NCBI GenBank assembly: GCA_965197525.1
Contig: OZ240211.1
Coordinates: 1,856,001 to 1,920,000 of the forward strand
Length of the DNA stretch: 64,000 bases
Source: Nitrosopumilus sp.
GTDB lineage: Archaea; Thermoproteota; Nitrososphaeria; Nitrososphaerales; Nitrosopumilaceae
Direction: 5' to 3'
Part shown: piece after piece, positions 19,823 to 30,654 of the stretch
Position numbering within the stretch: the first letter of the stretch is position 1
How the letters are laid out: each line of letters starts with the position of its first letter
Program-made: the position numbers and the translations under genes
The notes under the pieces: model-generated
The model's database searches: none
What the model was told of the DNA's origin: nothing
What the model saw: the letters and a program-made list of their open reading frames with translations, nothing else

Positions 19823-20203
19823 ATGACTAACGGACATAATTTTCATGTACTACAAGGAGAGAATGGATACATAAATTATCCATTTCATGTAACTAATCTC
19901 CCTTTAGATGAGAGAAAGGTGACACCAAATATATGGCTAGGTCCACAGGAAACAAAACTACTGTTCATTTTAGAGACGAAGAAAATGAGTGTCTTTGCCT
20001 TTGATGGTGTCAGAAGTATTCTTGAAGGAACGGATTTGACTATCTGGAATGTAATTGAAGGATTAAAAAAAAGAAGAGATTACAACTTCTGCCTTTGCAA
20101 GAACGTCTGTCTGCACCAGCGTTATGGCACTGGATGGTCACATACCGTTAGCGCGACTTGTGGCAAATTTCGGACTGTTGTGAGTGCGGGTTTTTTTAGC
20201 TAA
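19823..20203 (+). pseudogene. Possible truncated AbiEi-type (type IV TA) antitoxin N-terminal wHTH
   Basis: LGPQETKLLFILE...SVFAFDGVRSIL...IWNVIEGLKKR; similarity is lost at the A8 run near 20065. Confidence 0.4.
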
Positions 20204-20348
20204 CGCAGTAGCATCTGACATTCTTTTCTAGGCATATCTGCTATTTCAGTTAGTTTTAAAATGAGCTGTTTTAAAATTAACTGGCTGCAATGAAGAATCA
20301 GAGTTATATCTGAATTGATGATTGAAAGGCATTTGTCTGAGCTGCCAT

Positions 20349-20957
20349 CTAACTTTTTATCTGCGTTCTTACTTTTTCTAAAATAGTTTTGTCTATCAGA
20401 TTCTGTTCGTGCAATGCTTCTGTGATCTGTAAAATATTTAAAATTGCATGCATCTTTACGCCTACCTCTGATAATGCATCTTGTGCCCCCTGCATTCTGT
20501 CAACAATAACGTATGCATGTTTTACTGTTACTTTTGCATCTTTGAGTATATTTACTGCGTTTACAACCGAACCTCCTGTTGTTGCAACATCATCAACCAT
20601 TACTGCGTTGATACCTTGATTGGGTATTACTCCTTCCACTGATTTTGATGTGCCGTAATCTTTTGGTTTACTTCGCACATAGATTAGGGGTTTTAGTGTC
20701 TGAGCAGCTAACGCAGTTCCAATTATTAATCCTCCCGTAGGAACTGACACAATCGTGTCAAATTCATCTAATCCGATATTTTGTATAATCTCGCTTTGAA
20801 GATATTTTATCATGGTTCTAAATTCATGAGGATAGCTAGGAACTAGCCTCAAATCTACGTAGTATGGACTCTTTTTGCCACTAGCAAGCGTAAATTCACC
20901 GAACTTTATGATGCCTTTTTGATGTAAAAATACTGCAAATTCTTTTACAAACTCCAT
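20349..20957 (-). CDS. pyrE: Orotate phosphoribosyltransferase
   Basis: FTLASGKKSPYYVDLR; VMVDDVATTGGS PRPP motif. Confidence 0.95.
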   Translation of the reverse strand: MEFVKEFAVFLHQKGIIKFGEFTLASGKKSPYYVDLRLVPSYPHEFRTMIKYLQSEIIQNIGLDEFDTIVSVPTGGLIIGTALAAQTLKPLIYVRSKPKDYGTSKSVEGVIPNQGINAVMVDDVATTGGSVVNAVNILKDAKVTVKHAYVIVDRMQGAQDALSEVGVKMHAILNILQITEALHEQNLIDKTILEKVRTQIKS

Positions 20958-21007
20958 AATGTTATCAACTACACTTGATTTATTTTAGTTTGTATTGTAT
21001 ACCAAGC

Positions 21008-22132
21008 ATGCCTGAAATTTGGTTAAACTATGGTGTTACAGATGTTGTTCTGGATATAAAAACAGAGAATTTGGAACATAGGATTGATTCTACAGGCAAA
21101 ATTTTAGATGATGATGCCATAAACGAGAAACTAAACACGCTTGATCTGTCAAAACCAATGGACCTTGTTGTATTACACAACTCTAAAGCAATTCAAAAGA
21201 TAATATCGTCCCTGTTTTTACTGTGTGAACAAAAATCAAAACCGTTTCCAAATATTCTAGCCGAGAAGGGCATATTAAATCTGGTACAATCTCAAATGCC
21301 TGAAGGGAGCTCAATTAGCGAATTTGATATGGGCAGTAGAAACAACAACAGTAGCGATGCAGGTAATAACAGTCTCTCAAACTCTAATCTTGTGTTTATG
21401 GGCGAGATGGAGTTTGACGGACTGTTTGGATACAAGACTATTGCCACACGTCTTGTCAAAAAATTCAGCCAAGAATCCATGCTTTTAGCATACGCAAAAC
21501 GACAAGGCAACCTTCCTGCTCCTGGTAAATCTTCTGAGAGTCTGGCTGAGGCAAAAAAGTTTACAGATAATTTTGAGATTCAAGGCATTGAGCTAGTGGC
21601 AAACTCTGATGGCATTGTGGATTTTACAATAGATCATCCCTCAAAGACTATTGCAACAACAACCAAGGTTTTGGAGTCTCACGGAGTCAAGGATATAGGT
21701 CCACAACAAAAGACGATGGTAATCAGTACCGGTAAAGATTCAAGCAATGATACCCTTGGTAACTCTCTCTCCTCTTTGTGGAACTGTTTTAATGCAGTCA
21801 AAAAAGACGGTCTTGCAATCTTGGTATCTGAATGTAAGGGTGGTTTGGGTTCTGATGCGCTTCAACAATACATTGAAGGTAGATTAACTCTTGAACAGCT
21901 GCGAAACCCCACTCGATACGTTGGTGGAATGGAGGATCTGCTATTCTTATCTGAGATTAGAAAGAACTTTCAAATAGGACTAGTCTCAATTCTGCCTGAA
22001 TTTTATACAAAGAAACTCGGCATGATCCCGCTGGCTGGAATAAAATACTCACTTGACTATATCCTTAAAACGCAAGGTGCAAGACAAAAAGTCAGTATCG
22101 TTACTGACGGTGCTAGACTCTTGTTAAGGTAG
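21008..22132 (+). CDS. LarA-like (DUF2088) domain protein
   Basis: MPEIWLNYG start; GLAILVSECKGGLG C-terminal motif; catalytic status unclear. Confidence 0.55.
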   Translation: MPEIWLNYGVTDVVLDIKTENLEHRIDSTGKILDDDAINEKLNTLDLSKPMDLVVLHNSKAIQKIISSLFLLCEQKSKPFPNILAEKGILNLVQSQMPEGSSISEFDMGSRNNNSSDAGNNSLSNSNLVFMGEMEFDGLFGYKTIATRLVKKFSQESMLLAYAKRQGNLPAPGKSSESLAEAKKFTDNFEIQGIELVANSDGIVDFTIDHPSKTIATTTKVLESHGVKDIGPQQKTMVISTGKDSSNDTLGNSLSSLWNCFNAVKKDGLAILVSECKGGLGSDALQQYIEGRLTLEQLRNPTRYVGGMEDLLFLSEIRKNFQIGLVSILPEFYTKKLGMIPLAGIKYSLDYILKTQGARQKVSIVTDGARLLLR

Positions 22133-23257
22133 GATGCCTGATAACAGATCATGTGGCAGCGGAGCACACAAAATTGCCAATCCTACAATTCCAATGTATG
22201 CCAACTTTCTATTCCTTGAGAGTGGTGAGATATCATCAAGCGGCGTAGCACTGGGATTTCTTAAACCCATTACAAAGATCAAGGCTGCCATCAACCAATA
22301 GTTTAACAGAACTAGAATTACCATACTTGCATAGGTGGCGTATTTGTGCAGTTTTACACCTAGTAGCGTTCTTGCCATGTGCCCACCATCTAACTGCCAC
22401 GCAGGCAACAAATTCAAGAATGTAATCAGGAATCCTATCCATGCTGCAAACATCACAGGAGTCAGGATTATCTGCTGTTCTGCCCCTCCTTTGCCAAACA
22501 ATGCCAAGCTCGCAGTCATTAGTAATGGCTCTCCCCAATCCCAATCACTTAACACATCATTTCTAAATAATTCATTTGCAACTCCGGGTTCTAAAACCGG
22601 TGCTGTATAAGCTCCATACATCGAAACTATTACTGCGATGATCAACCCTGCAATAGGACCTGCAATTGCAACATCAAACAATATCTCTCTGTTAATTGTC
22701 AATCCTTTTGACTGGATAAACGCACCAAATGTGGGGATGCCAAATATCGGTATTCCAGGAATAAAGTAAGGCCAAGTTGTCTTCAATCCATGTATCTTTG
22801 CTGCAACAATGTGTCCCAACTCATGCACTCCCAAAATTCCCAGCAGTGATACTGTATAGATTATTGCTATCTCTAGGGGCTGACCTATTGGTATTATCGA
22901 ATTTGTCAGAGAAGCTCTATGATATCCATCAATCATTACAAATGCTATAACGACTGCAAACAAAATACGTGGAGTCCACGTGGCACTCATCCATCTTCCC
23001 TGTTTTTTTGGCGTGAATTTTTGTATCATTACATAAATTTCTACATCGTTTACTTTTTGCAAACTACACATATATCTCATATTTTCCAATCTTTTTGCCA
23101 GATTTTCAAACTTTGATTTAAAATCCGCATCCTCTATCCTAAACTCCAAGGAGAATTCCGTCTTTACAAAGTCACTGACCTCAAATATGGAATTGACTAT
23201 GGCGATTACGTCTTCCTGTGAAGAGGGGTCTTCTTCCATACTTGTGGTCGTTTTCAT
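22124..23257 (-). CDS. Site-2 protease (M50) intramembrane metalloprotease
   Basis: HELGH, AGP, NLLPAWQLDGGH. Confidence 0.92.
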   Translation of the reverse strand: MKTTTSMEEDPSSQEDVIAIVNSIFEVSDFVKTEFSLEFRIEDADFKSKFENLAKRLENMRYMCSLQKVNDVEIYVMIQKFTPKKQGRWMSATWTPRILFAVVIAFVMIDGYHRASLTNSIIPIGQPLEIAIIYTVSLLGILGVHELGHIVAAKIHGLKTTWPYFIPGIPIFGIPTFGAFIQSKGLTINREILFDVAIAGPIAGLIIAVIVSMYGAYTAPVLEPGVANELFRNDVLSDWDWGEPLLMTASLALFGKGGAEQQIILTPVMFAAWIGFLITFLNLLPAWQLDGGHMARTLLGVKLHKYATYASMVILVLLNYWLMAALIFVMGLRNPSATPLDDISPLSRNRKLAYIGIVGLAILCAPLPHDLLSGILP

Positions 23258-23314
23258 CCATTAATGATCTTTTTGTTTAAAATTAAATATTGATGGTTTT
23301 ATAGTCATTATATA

Positions 23315-23812
23315 ATGCAGGTAATTCTCAGACAGCTAGGCAACTGTGATATACGACGAGCAGGGCCAAGCGATCTAATCTCAGTCATGGAGATCAACCT
23401 AAAGACCCTGCCTGAACACTATTCTGATTATTTCTATGAGAGCCTGTTATCAGAACTCCCTGAAGCGTTCTTGGTAGCAGAGATTGGCAACAAACATGTC
23501 GGATACATCATGTGTAAGACTGAATTTGGCTTTTCGAATTTTAAAAAATTAGGCTTTGTTAAAAAAGGCCACGTGGTTTCTATTGCGGTTCTTGATGAGT
23601 ATCGTCGTAAAGGTATTGGCAATGCGTTAGTAGAGGAATCAGTCAATGGTGTAAAGATACGAAACTGTGATGAATTTTATCTAGAGGTAAGGTGTAGTAA
23701 CATTGCTGCTGTCAGGCTATATGAGAAACTCGGATTTGCCATTAGGCAGCAATTAAACGCATACTATCGAGACGGCGAGGACGCCTATCTTATGGCCATC
23801 GAACTAGATTAG
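23315..23812 (+). CDS. rimI: N-terminal acetyltransferase (RimI/Ard1 GNAT)
   Basis: LPEHYS, GHVVSIAV, RRKGIG, LEVRCSN, YYRDGEDA. Confidence 0.88.
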   Translation: MQVILRQLGNCDIRRAGPSDLISVMEINLKTLPEHYSDYFYESLLSELPEAFLVAEIGNKHVGYIMCKTEFGFSNFKKLGFVKKGHVVSIAVLDEYRRKGIGNALVEESVNGVKIRNCDEFYLEVRCSNIAAVRLYEKLGFAIRQQLNAYYRDGEDAYLMAIELD

Positions 23813-23850
23813 TTCAAACCAATAAATAACTCACAAAAAAATTATTTTAT

Positions 23851-24069
23851 ATGAACAGACGAAAAGGGGTCGGAATTACTATTTTTATACTGTGTATAGG
23901 CGGCTTTTTTCTTTATGCGTATTTATTAATGCTGTCTGAGTGGAGTCCCATAGTATTGCAATTGTCTGTCTTGATGATTGCAGGCGGAATCTTGGGGGTA
24001 GTTGCATGGATTGGTTATGTAATGGCAACAACAAAGCCGTCCCCTGCATCAATTACATCTGATGATTAG
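23851..24069 (+). CDS. Small two-TM membrane protein
   Basis: 72 aa with two hydrophobic helices, ending WIGYVMATT. Confidence 0.65.
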   Translation: MNRRKGVGITIFILCIGGFFLYAYLLMLSEWSPIVLQLSVLMIAGGILGVVAWIGYVMATTKPSPASITSDD

Positions 24070-24092
24070 GGCAATGGAACAAGAAGACACTA

Positions 24093-24932
24093 CTATTTGA
24101 AAATTTTTACGTCAACTACTGTCTGATAGTATCGTGGACCTACGGGTCTTACTATCTTTGAGTATAGAATTTCTGATTTGACAGGTGTAATATCCATATA
24201 GTGTTCTTCTGAGAGTCTGCCTGCATCTGATTTCTTGTCTGCATGAATGTGTGAGTAATAATGAATAACACCGCCATCCTTTGTCGTATTGATTGCAGTC
24301 TCTAAAAACTCATCTGATCTCTCAGGCAACAACATCAATGTTCTATCTGACTCTTTGATCAGTTTGTTTTTGATGATCTCTGCCGTATCACCGTTTATTG
24401 ACACTACCTGACCTCGCATCTTCTTATTTAGTTTGATGTTTGCCTCACACAGTCTTGATGCCACAGGATTGATATCAAGACTATACACCATACATCTTTT
24501 ATTTTTAGCAGCCATTATGGAGAACATTCCAACTCCTGCAAACATGTTAGTAACCACCTCTCCGTCCTTGACTAGATTTGCTATACGTTCTCTCTCAGTT
24601 GACAATCGGGGTGAAAAAAATGCGTTTTTTACATCCACTCTGAACCTGCATCCAAACTCTTTGTACTCTGTCTCTGTATTGTCCTCTCCTGCAAGAATTT
24701 CTAGACTCCTTGTACGAAAATCTCCCTCTACTGCTGTACTCTGGTAAAACACGCTCTTTGCTATGCTTACCTCGTCTAGCAGTGTCTTGCCAATAATCTT
24801 CTTTTTTGATAACAGTGGCTCTGGAATTCTAATAATAATTATATTGCCAATCTGATCAAATGCTGAAACCAGCTCCTCTCTCTCCTTTACCGTTAGAATA
24901 TCTTCTAGTGCCTTTTTTAGCATTCTAGTCAT
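24093..24932 (-). CDS. Trm5/TYW2-family SAM-dependent tRNA methyltransferase
   Basis: FDQIGNIII, FFSPRLSTER, NMFAGVG, DINP. Confidence 0.85.
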   Translation of the reverse strand: MTRMLKKALEDILTVKEREELVSAFDQIGNIIIIRIPEPLLSKKKIIGKTLLDEVSIAKSVFYQSTAVEGDFRTRSLEILAGEDNTETEYKEFGCRFRVDVKNAFFSPRLSTERERIANLVKDGEVVTNMFAGVGMFSIMAAKNKRCMVYSLDINPVASRLCEANIKLNKKMRGQVVSINGDTAEIIKNKLIKESDRTLMLLPERSDEFLETAINTTKDGGVIHYYSHIHADKKSDAGRLSEEHYMDITPVKSEILYSKIVRPVGPRYYQTVVDVKIFK

Positions 24933-25028
24933 CGTTTGTGATGCTATAACATCAAATATAATTTCTAGGCGACATTGTTTTTCAGTCTTTTTTTTTGCTG
25001 ATACGATAAATACAGCCGTTTTTGTACA

Positions 25029-26816
25029 TCAATTCTTGTAGTAGAAATTTCCAGTAATCTTTTGCTCTTTGTCTAATCTGCTCTCTAGTTTATTTACACG
25101 TGGTCTCTGACTTTTTTCATCTCTTCTAAATGATATATCAAGTGATTTGAGAAATCTATTCATCGCATCTGATTTTGGCATTGGCGATGTAGCAGTTCCT
25201 GATATACCTGACACGCCTTCAAAGATTATCATCGTATCTGATACTAGATCCATCAGTTGCAAGTCATGATCAATTATGACTGCAGATCTTCCAAAAGAAC
25301 GCACAAACTTTTGCAGAAATTTTGCAATAGCGATTCTATCTTCTACATCCAAAAACGCAGAGGGCTCATCTAATGCATACAAGTCAACTTTCTGTAACAG
25401 ACACGACGCAACTGCCACTTTTTGCAGCTCTCCTCCTGAGAGATTCTTTATAGATTTGTTGTAGAGTTTTTTAATCTTCAACGGATCTAGTATCTGTTCT
25501 TCTTGCATGCTGCCCTCAATCGGATCCTCGTTTACTTTCTCTAATAGTGATATGACTTCCACATCGAGATTATTTTGAAGATATTGTGGCTTGTATGCTA
25601 TCTTGATCTTTTTATCAATACTGCCTGTATCTGGTTTTTGAACTCCTGCAATCATCTTCATCATGGTTGTTTTACCTAGCGCATTAGCACCCATTATGCC
25701 TAAAATCTCTCCTTTTCTTACCTGACCTGGCTGAATTTCTACTGAAAACGAAGGGTATCTCTTCTCTAGTCTTGGATATGTGACAACTTCACTGTCTTTT
25801 TGAAATATCTCAGTAGTTGACGTTGAGACGTCAAATGAGAATTTCTTGTCCCGAAACCTTACATTCTCGTTTGGCAGATACCCGTCAAGAAATACGTTGA
25901 TTCCAACCTTGGTTGATAAAATATTTGAGACGATTCCATATGCTGCTGGTTCTCCGTATAACACCTCTATGTAGTCACTTAGGAAATCCAATAACGTTAG
26001 ATCGTGCTCCACTACCATTACACTCTTCCCAATCCTTGCCAAGTTTTGTATGACTCTTGCAACTCCTGTTCTCTGAAAGACATCATTGTATGATGACGGT
26101 TCATCAAAAAAGTAAAACTCTGTATCCTTTGCTGCAGCAACTGCTACTGCAATTCTTTGCAGTTCTCCTCCACTCAATTCCTTTAAATCCTGTTCCATGG
26201 AGTTTTGCAATCCTAATTCTCTGATCAACTCTCTTGATACTCCTCTCTGATCATATTTGTCAAGTAACTCATTTCCTGTTCCGTTAAACGCCTGTGCAAT
26301 CTGATGAACTTGTTGCGGTTTGATTGATGCTCTGATCTGGTTTTGCTGTATCTTTTCAAAATGCGCTTTGAGCTCTGTTCCGCTATAATATTTTAAAATC
26401 TCATCCCACTGTGGCGGATTGTCATATCGTCCCAAGTTTGGTTTTAGGTTTCCTGATAGGATGTTGACTACTGTACTCTTTCCCATTCCGTTTCTTCCTA
26501 ACAGTCCTACAACCTCTCCCTTCTTTGGCGTAGGCAATCTGTAAAGTCGAAATGAGTTGTTTCCATATTGGTGAATTTTGTCAGTTGCCAGTTCGCTTGC
26601 CAGGTTTACTATTGTTATTGCATCAAATGGGCACACCTTGACACATATTCCACACCCATTACAGATATCTTCGTCAATCTGGGCCTTTTTTGATTCTTCA
26701 TTTAGAATGATACATTCAGCACCTGATTTGTTGACTGGACAGTACTTTATACACTCTAAACCGCATTTTTTTGGTTGGCACAAATCCTTGTCTAATACTG
26801 CTACTCTATGTGTCAT
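25029..26816 (-). CDS. rli: ABCE1/Rli1 ribosome recycling ATPase
   Basis: N-terminal 2x[4Fe-4S] Cys clusters; GRNGMGKS and GANALGKT Walker A; LSGGELQ twice. Confidence 0.96.
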   Translation of the reverse strand: MTHRVAVLDKDLCQPKKCGLECIKYCPVNKSGAECIILNEESKKAQIDEDICNGCGICVKVCPFDAITIVNLASELATDKIHQYGNNSFRLYRLPTPKKGEVVGLLGRNGMGKSTVVNILSGNLKPNLGRYDNPPQWDEILKYYSGTELKAHFEKIQQNQIRASIKPQQVHQIAQAFNGTGNELLDKYDQRGVSRELIRELGLQNSMEQDLKELSGGELQRIAVAVAAAKDTEFYFFDEPSSYNDVFQRTGVARVIQNLARIGKSVMVVEHDLTLLDFLSDYIEVLYGEPAAYGIVSNILSTKVGINVFLDGYLPNENVRFRDKKFSFDVSTSTTEIFQKDSEVVTYPRLEKRYPSFSVEIQPGQVRKGEILGIMGANALGKTTMMKMIAGVQKPDTGSIDKKIKIAYKPQYLQNNLDVEVISLLEKVNEDPIEGSMQEEQILDPLKIKKLYNKSIKNLSGGELQKVAVASCLLQKVDLYALDEPSAFLDVEDRIAIAKFLQKFVRSFGRSAVIIDHDLQLMDLVSDTMIIFEGVSGISGTATSPMPKSDAMNRFLKSLDISFRRDEKSQRPRVNKLESRLDKEQKITGNFYYKN

Positions 26817-27398
26817 GTTGTAACTGGATATCTTCTTTGTTTTATACCTATTTTGGGCATTATGGGAGATGATCTGCTACTCTAACTGCATGTCTTGTTA
26901 TGTTCATAGGCATGCTTGAATCTTACTTGTAAGTGGCTACCATCTTGAGGCAACAAGTCAGCATACAGTCATGCCTTACTTGTTTTATCATGTAGAGCAT
27001 CCATTTGACGCATAAGATGTGCTTGGATTTTTTCTTTGTGCCCTATACAAACCAAGAGTTGTATGCACAGTCTCTGCATACTGGCAGTGCTTGCACATGT
27101 CAAAGAATCGGTCCAAAAAGTCGCCATAACCGTACCAAAACGTTGTGCTTCTCAGAGAATTAAATCTCTAGGTTTGACAAAAATAACGCACTCATACTTT
27201 TAAATGCCTTTTCTGTGTAGACTTGTTGGAATTTGCGGTTTTATTTCACACGGTTTTATTTCATGCAGTTATGAGAAACTCACATTCTCCACTTTACCTC
27301 CACATCTACAAAAATGTTGTTTTCGATGCGTTTTTATTCATAAATTATGATGATTTAGGAAAAAATACATCCCATCTACTGATTTAAGGAAGAAAAAG

Positions 27399-28271
27399 CT
27401 ATTGATATTTTTTATGATCTCTTAGATATTTTGATACAAACCATTTCACAAAAATCATGCTGTTGTTTTGTATCTGTGACGCCTCTAATTTTTTAATGTA
27501 TGTGAGTTTTTCTTTTGGTAAGATGTTCATTAAAGGGTATCCATTTTTGTGTAAAATTAGCAACATCAACAATCTACCAATCCTACCATTTCCATCTATG
27601 AACGGGTGTATCATCTCAAATCTTTTATGAAATATTGCAGATAATATCACTGGATTTAATTTATTTTTATTTTTAGAGTGCCATTTCAAAAGTTTCTCCA
27701 CATCTGGAATCACATCTGCCCACAATACATATTCTGTTTTTCCTCCATACACAGCAACGTCTTCTCGTCTAAAACTTCCCGCATTATTTGTGTCTGTTTT
27801 TTCAAATAGTTTTTCATGCCAATCAAGAATTAATTTTTTGGAAATGTCGGATTTTATTACAAGTAACTCGTCAAATATTTTTTCTATTTGTTTAACTTCT
27901 ATAATATGCTCTGTTGCAGTGTCTTTTGGAGATAAATTGTATTCTAGTAGTTTTTTTGTCTGTCCGTATGTCATGGTACTGCCCTCTATTCTTTGCGTAC
28001 TGTAGATGTGATGTATTTTGAATTCATGATTCTCAGATTGTATGATTTTTGGATCTACTGCAATGATACGCTTTGAATAATTATCACGTATTTCCTCCAA
28101 TAATGGGATGTTCTCTTTTGCAAACATCTCTTCTTCAAATCCTAGTTTGATTGAACCAATGTTTTTTGGGATTTGTTTGCCAAGGTATCTTTCATGTAGA
28201 GTTTTGCCTGAATGGTAAATCAAATAGTAATAATACTCATTTCCGATTTTTCTTTTGATTATTGAAACCAT
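27399..28271 (-). CDS. Fic-domain protein (AMPylase family)
   Basis: Canonical HPFIDGNGRIGR motif. Confidence 0.92.
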   Translation of the reverse strand: MVSIIKRKIGNEYYYYLIYHSGKTLHERYLGKQIPKNIGSIKLGFEEEMFAKENIPLLEEIRDNYSKRIIAVDPKIIQSENHEFKIHHIYSTQRIEGSTMTYGQTKKLLEYNLSPKDTATEHIIEVKQIEKIFDELLVIKSDISKKLILDWHEKLFEKTDTNNAGSFRREDVAVYGGKTEYVLWADVIPDVEKLLKWHSKNKNKLNPVILSAIFHKRFEMIHPFIDGNGRIGRLLMLLILHKNGYPLMNILPKEKLTYIKKLEASQIQNNSMIFVKWFVSKYLRDHKKYQ

Positions 28272-28354
28272 ATGATTCTTTACCCAACTAAACGTTTTAT
28301 CTTTTTTAAAATTATAAAATTATGTTGGGTAATAATTTAATATTATTGATGTTG

Positions 28355-28662
28355 AATCTTGAGAAAATCGACCCACATACAAGTCGACGAAAAGCGGAGA
28401 AGATGTGAGTTGTATCTAAAGATCAAGTGGAATAGAAAATACCTCTTTACCATGCTTGATTTAAAAACAGGATTCTGGTTATCCCATAGTATCAGCACCC
28501 AAGGTAAGTGATGATGTAACTTTGATGTTTAAAGACATCAAAAAGAAGTCAGGTATGGTGCCTGCCAACCTAATCTCTGGGGAGGGGCTGCAAATTTTCA
28601 TCATATCTGAAAGGAGCAATACAAACCAGAGCTTTCTGCACAAGAAAGCAGAACACCAGCCT
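28355..28662 (+). pseudogene. Frameshifted IS6-like DDE transposase relic
   Basis: Across frames: ELYLKIKWNRKYLFTMLD..TGFWL / DDVTLMFK..GMVPANLIS / GAANFHH*KEQY / FLHKKAEHQ. Confidence 0.65.
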
Positions 28663-28736
28663 TTTTTTTTGGCTCTCAATAACCCCACAGAACCATTTTT
28701 CCTAAATTTTTTATATCTTTTAATTATGGCAAAACT

Positions 28737-29183
28737 ATGAAATTATTTATCAAGCAAGCCAAGCGGTCAGATGCTACAGAGTTCTATCGATTAGAGGCAG
28801 AATGTTTTGAGATGAAACGGGATGGTGACGCAATATATTTTTGGGTACCGATGCTCGATCATCAGTTTTGTTTCAAGGCTGTCATTGATGATAAAATAGT
28901 TGGAGGTATCATAGCAATGTCTACCAAAAAAGCGGGCACTCTATACATAAATTCTTTATTTGTTGATCCAAAGTATCGTGGACTCAAAATAGCTAATAAA
29001 TTATTAAAAAAAGTTTTCTCCCTGTCACCAACCAATAATATTGTACTGGAGATGAATCCTGAATTCAAACATCTGTATGCATTATACACAAAACATGGAT
29101 TTAAAAAAACACACTTTTCAAAAAACCACTTTACTGATGGCGAAGATCGTATCTTAATGTTACGAAAACCATCCGTATCTTAG
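28737..29183 (+). CDS. GNAT acetyltransferase
   Basis: YINSLFVDPKYRGLKIA acetyl-CoA motif; LYTKHGF. Confidence 0.8.
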   Translation: MKLFIKQAKRSDATEFYRLEAECFEMKRDGDAIYFWVPMLDHQFCFKAVIDDKIVGGIIAMSTKKAGTLYINSLFVDPKYRGLKIANKLLKKVFSLSPTNNIVLEMNPEFKHLYALYTKHGFKKTHFSKNHFTDGEDRILMLRKPSVS

Positions 29184-29752
29184 GGATTGTTGCATACCAA
29201 ACGCCTATACAGTATTTATAAAATTATTTCTATAAAATATCTATAATCAAACATCTAAAATATATAATTAATGTGTATATGACTAGATATCTTATTTAGA
29301 GTTAGATGATTTTGTATGTTACCGGTATTTTATTTTCCATTTATTTGCACATTGATCTCAAAGCTCTAAAACCAATCTCTTGTTACATTGATTTGGTAGT
29401 TATTCCTCCAACGATTATAATATCATTTTTAATGACGTTCAAAAAATATCTCTGAACTATTTTTCTCTGCTGATTTTACATACTATGGCTTACTCAGACT
29501 ATATGCTATAATTGATATGAACTATTTGCTAAATACACGAGATTTAGACGAACAGATTGCAGATTGACAGCTTGGCATAATTTACTATTCTTGCGTGACT
29601 GACTAGTTGTAACACACAATCTAAATCTAAAATATCTAATCTTTGGTAAAACGTGCTCAATTTGATACTGGTTTACAGATATCTAATGCGTCTGAGACTA
29701 TTGTTCTGTCCTGCGTTATGTTAATAGGTACGAATTTGGCATAGAAATTCAA

Positions 29753-29866
29753 GCCGGCCATAGCGTTAGGGTGCGACCCAATCCCTTTCCGAACTTGGAA
29801 GTCAAACCTGATGTCGCCGTTGTGCTACTAAGATGCGAGAGCTCTTGGGAAGCAACGGTGCTGGCA
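29753..29866 (+). rRNA. rrf: 5S rRNA (unlinked from 16S/23S)
   Basis: GCCGGCCATAGCG...CCCTTTCCGAAC.TGGAAGTCAAACC...GCTGGC; helix I ends pair. Confidence 0.95.
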
Positions 29867-29911
29867 TTCTTCTTCAATCTTTTAATATCTGCATTTATCC
29901 CGTTCTATTAT

Positions 29912-30040
29912 ATGAAAAATTGTACAGTCTGTGGCCAAGAATTTTCTGACGATATCCGTTTTCTAAACCATATGATGGAAAAACATGGTTTTAGGAATCC
30001 AAATGTTGGCAAACCTGATCGAAATAGTAGAGGATACTAA
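29912..30040 (+). CDS. 42-aa C2H2 zinc-finger microprotein
   Basis: MKNCTVCGQEFSDDIRFLNHMMEKH = Cx2Cx12Hx4H. Confidence 0.65.
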   Translation: MKNCTVCGQEFSDDIRFLNHMMEKHGFRNPNVGKPDRNSRGY

Positions 30041-30162
30041 TTCACACTATATCTTTCTCCATCAAATGACGTTGCATCCAAACTCTCAAGACATGTATCA
30101 TATGTTCTATGATCACAGCGTCCTGTTATGACATTTAATTATTAGTATCGTCAAATACAGTC

Positions 30163-30549
30163 ATGAAGCAGTATACCGCGCTTGTCGGGATAGGAATCGG
30201 GGTAATTGGATTGATGGCAGTTATGTTTGGCGCAGATATACTCAAGCTGTCAGTGGCTACACAAAAACACGACATATTTGTAGATCCTATCATTGACAAA
30301 CAAAGTCTGTTTGTGATGGGTCGAGTAACAGTACAAAACACAGGTTCTGAACCCCTTACCAATATTCACATTAATTTTGGAGACGGTGATACACTTGATA
30401 TCGGGGAACTTCGAGCCGGACAGAAGATAATCGTATCGCCTCCGCCGGATAACTCTATGGAATTTGTAATGATCAATGCTGACAACGATGTCTTTGTAAA
30501 CAAATCTTACCGAGAGCTGCCAAAGATGGTGGGCATGATGGGTTCTTGA
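30163..30549 (+). CDS. Membrane-anchored hypothetical protein with an Ig-like fold
   Basis: N-terminal TM; VTVQNTGSEPLTNI. Confidence 0.7.
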   Translation: MKQYTALVGIGIGVIGLMAVMFGADILKLSVATQKHDIFVDPIIDKQSLFVMGRVTVQNTGSEPLTNIHINFGDGDTLDIGELRAGQKIIVSPPPDNSMEFVMINADNDVFVNKSYRELPKMVGMMGS

Positions 30550-30654
30550 CCGATGCCTATTTGCATCTAACACAAAAATGTATATTACACCAATGTGACT
30601 GTTGCAAAAAATGTAACAAAGCATCTTGTCGTGTGTTTTGATGACTTTTTTTGA

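Noticed and set aside
17922-20340. attR duplication of the tRNA-Ile2 3' end, or an intact integrative element
   Set aside because: No repeat of CTTCGGGCCCA and no integrase seen.
27565-27605. Genome-wide AGA/AGG reassignment to Ser
   Set aside because: Invariant Arg residues of the Fic motif GNGRIGR are encoded by AGG and AGA, so AGR still means Arg.
29184-29197. Lone TIR-like motif GGATTGTTGCATAC (and GTGGTTATTGCATAA near 4916-4930)
   Set aside because: No partner repeat found; short AT-rich matches can arise by chance.
29771-29911. N-terminal extension of ORF 29771-30040
   Set aside because: Overlaps the 5S rRNA gene; the plausible start is ATG 29912.
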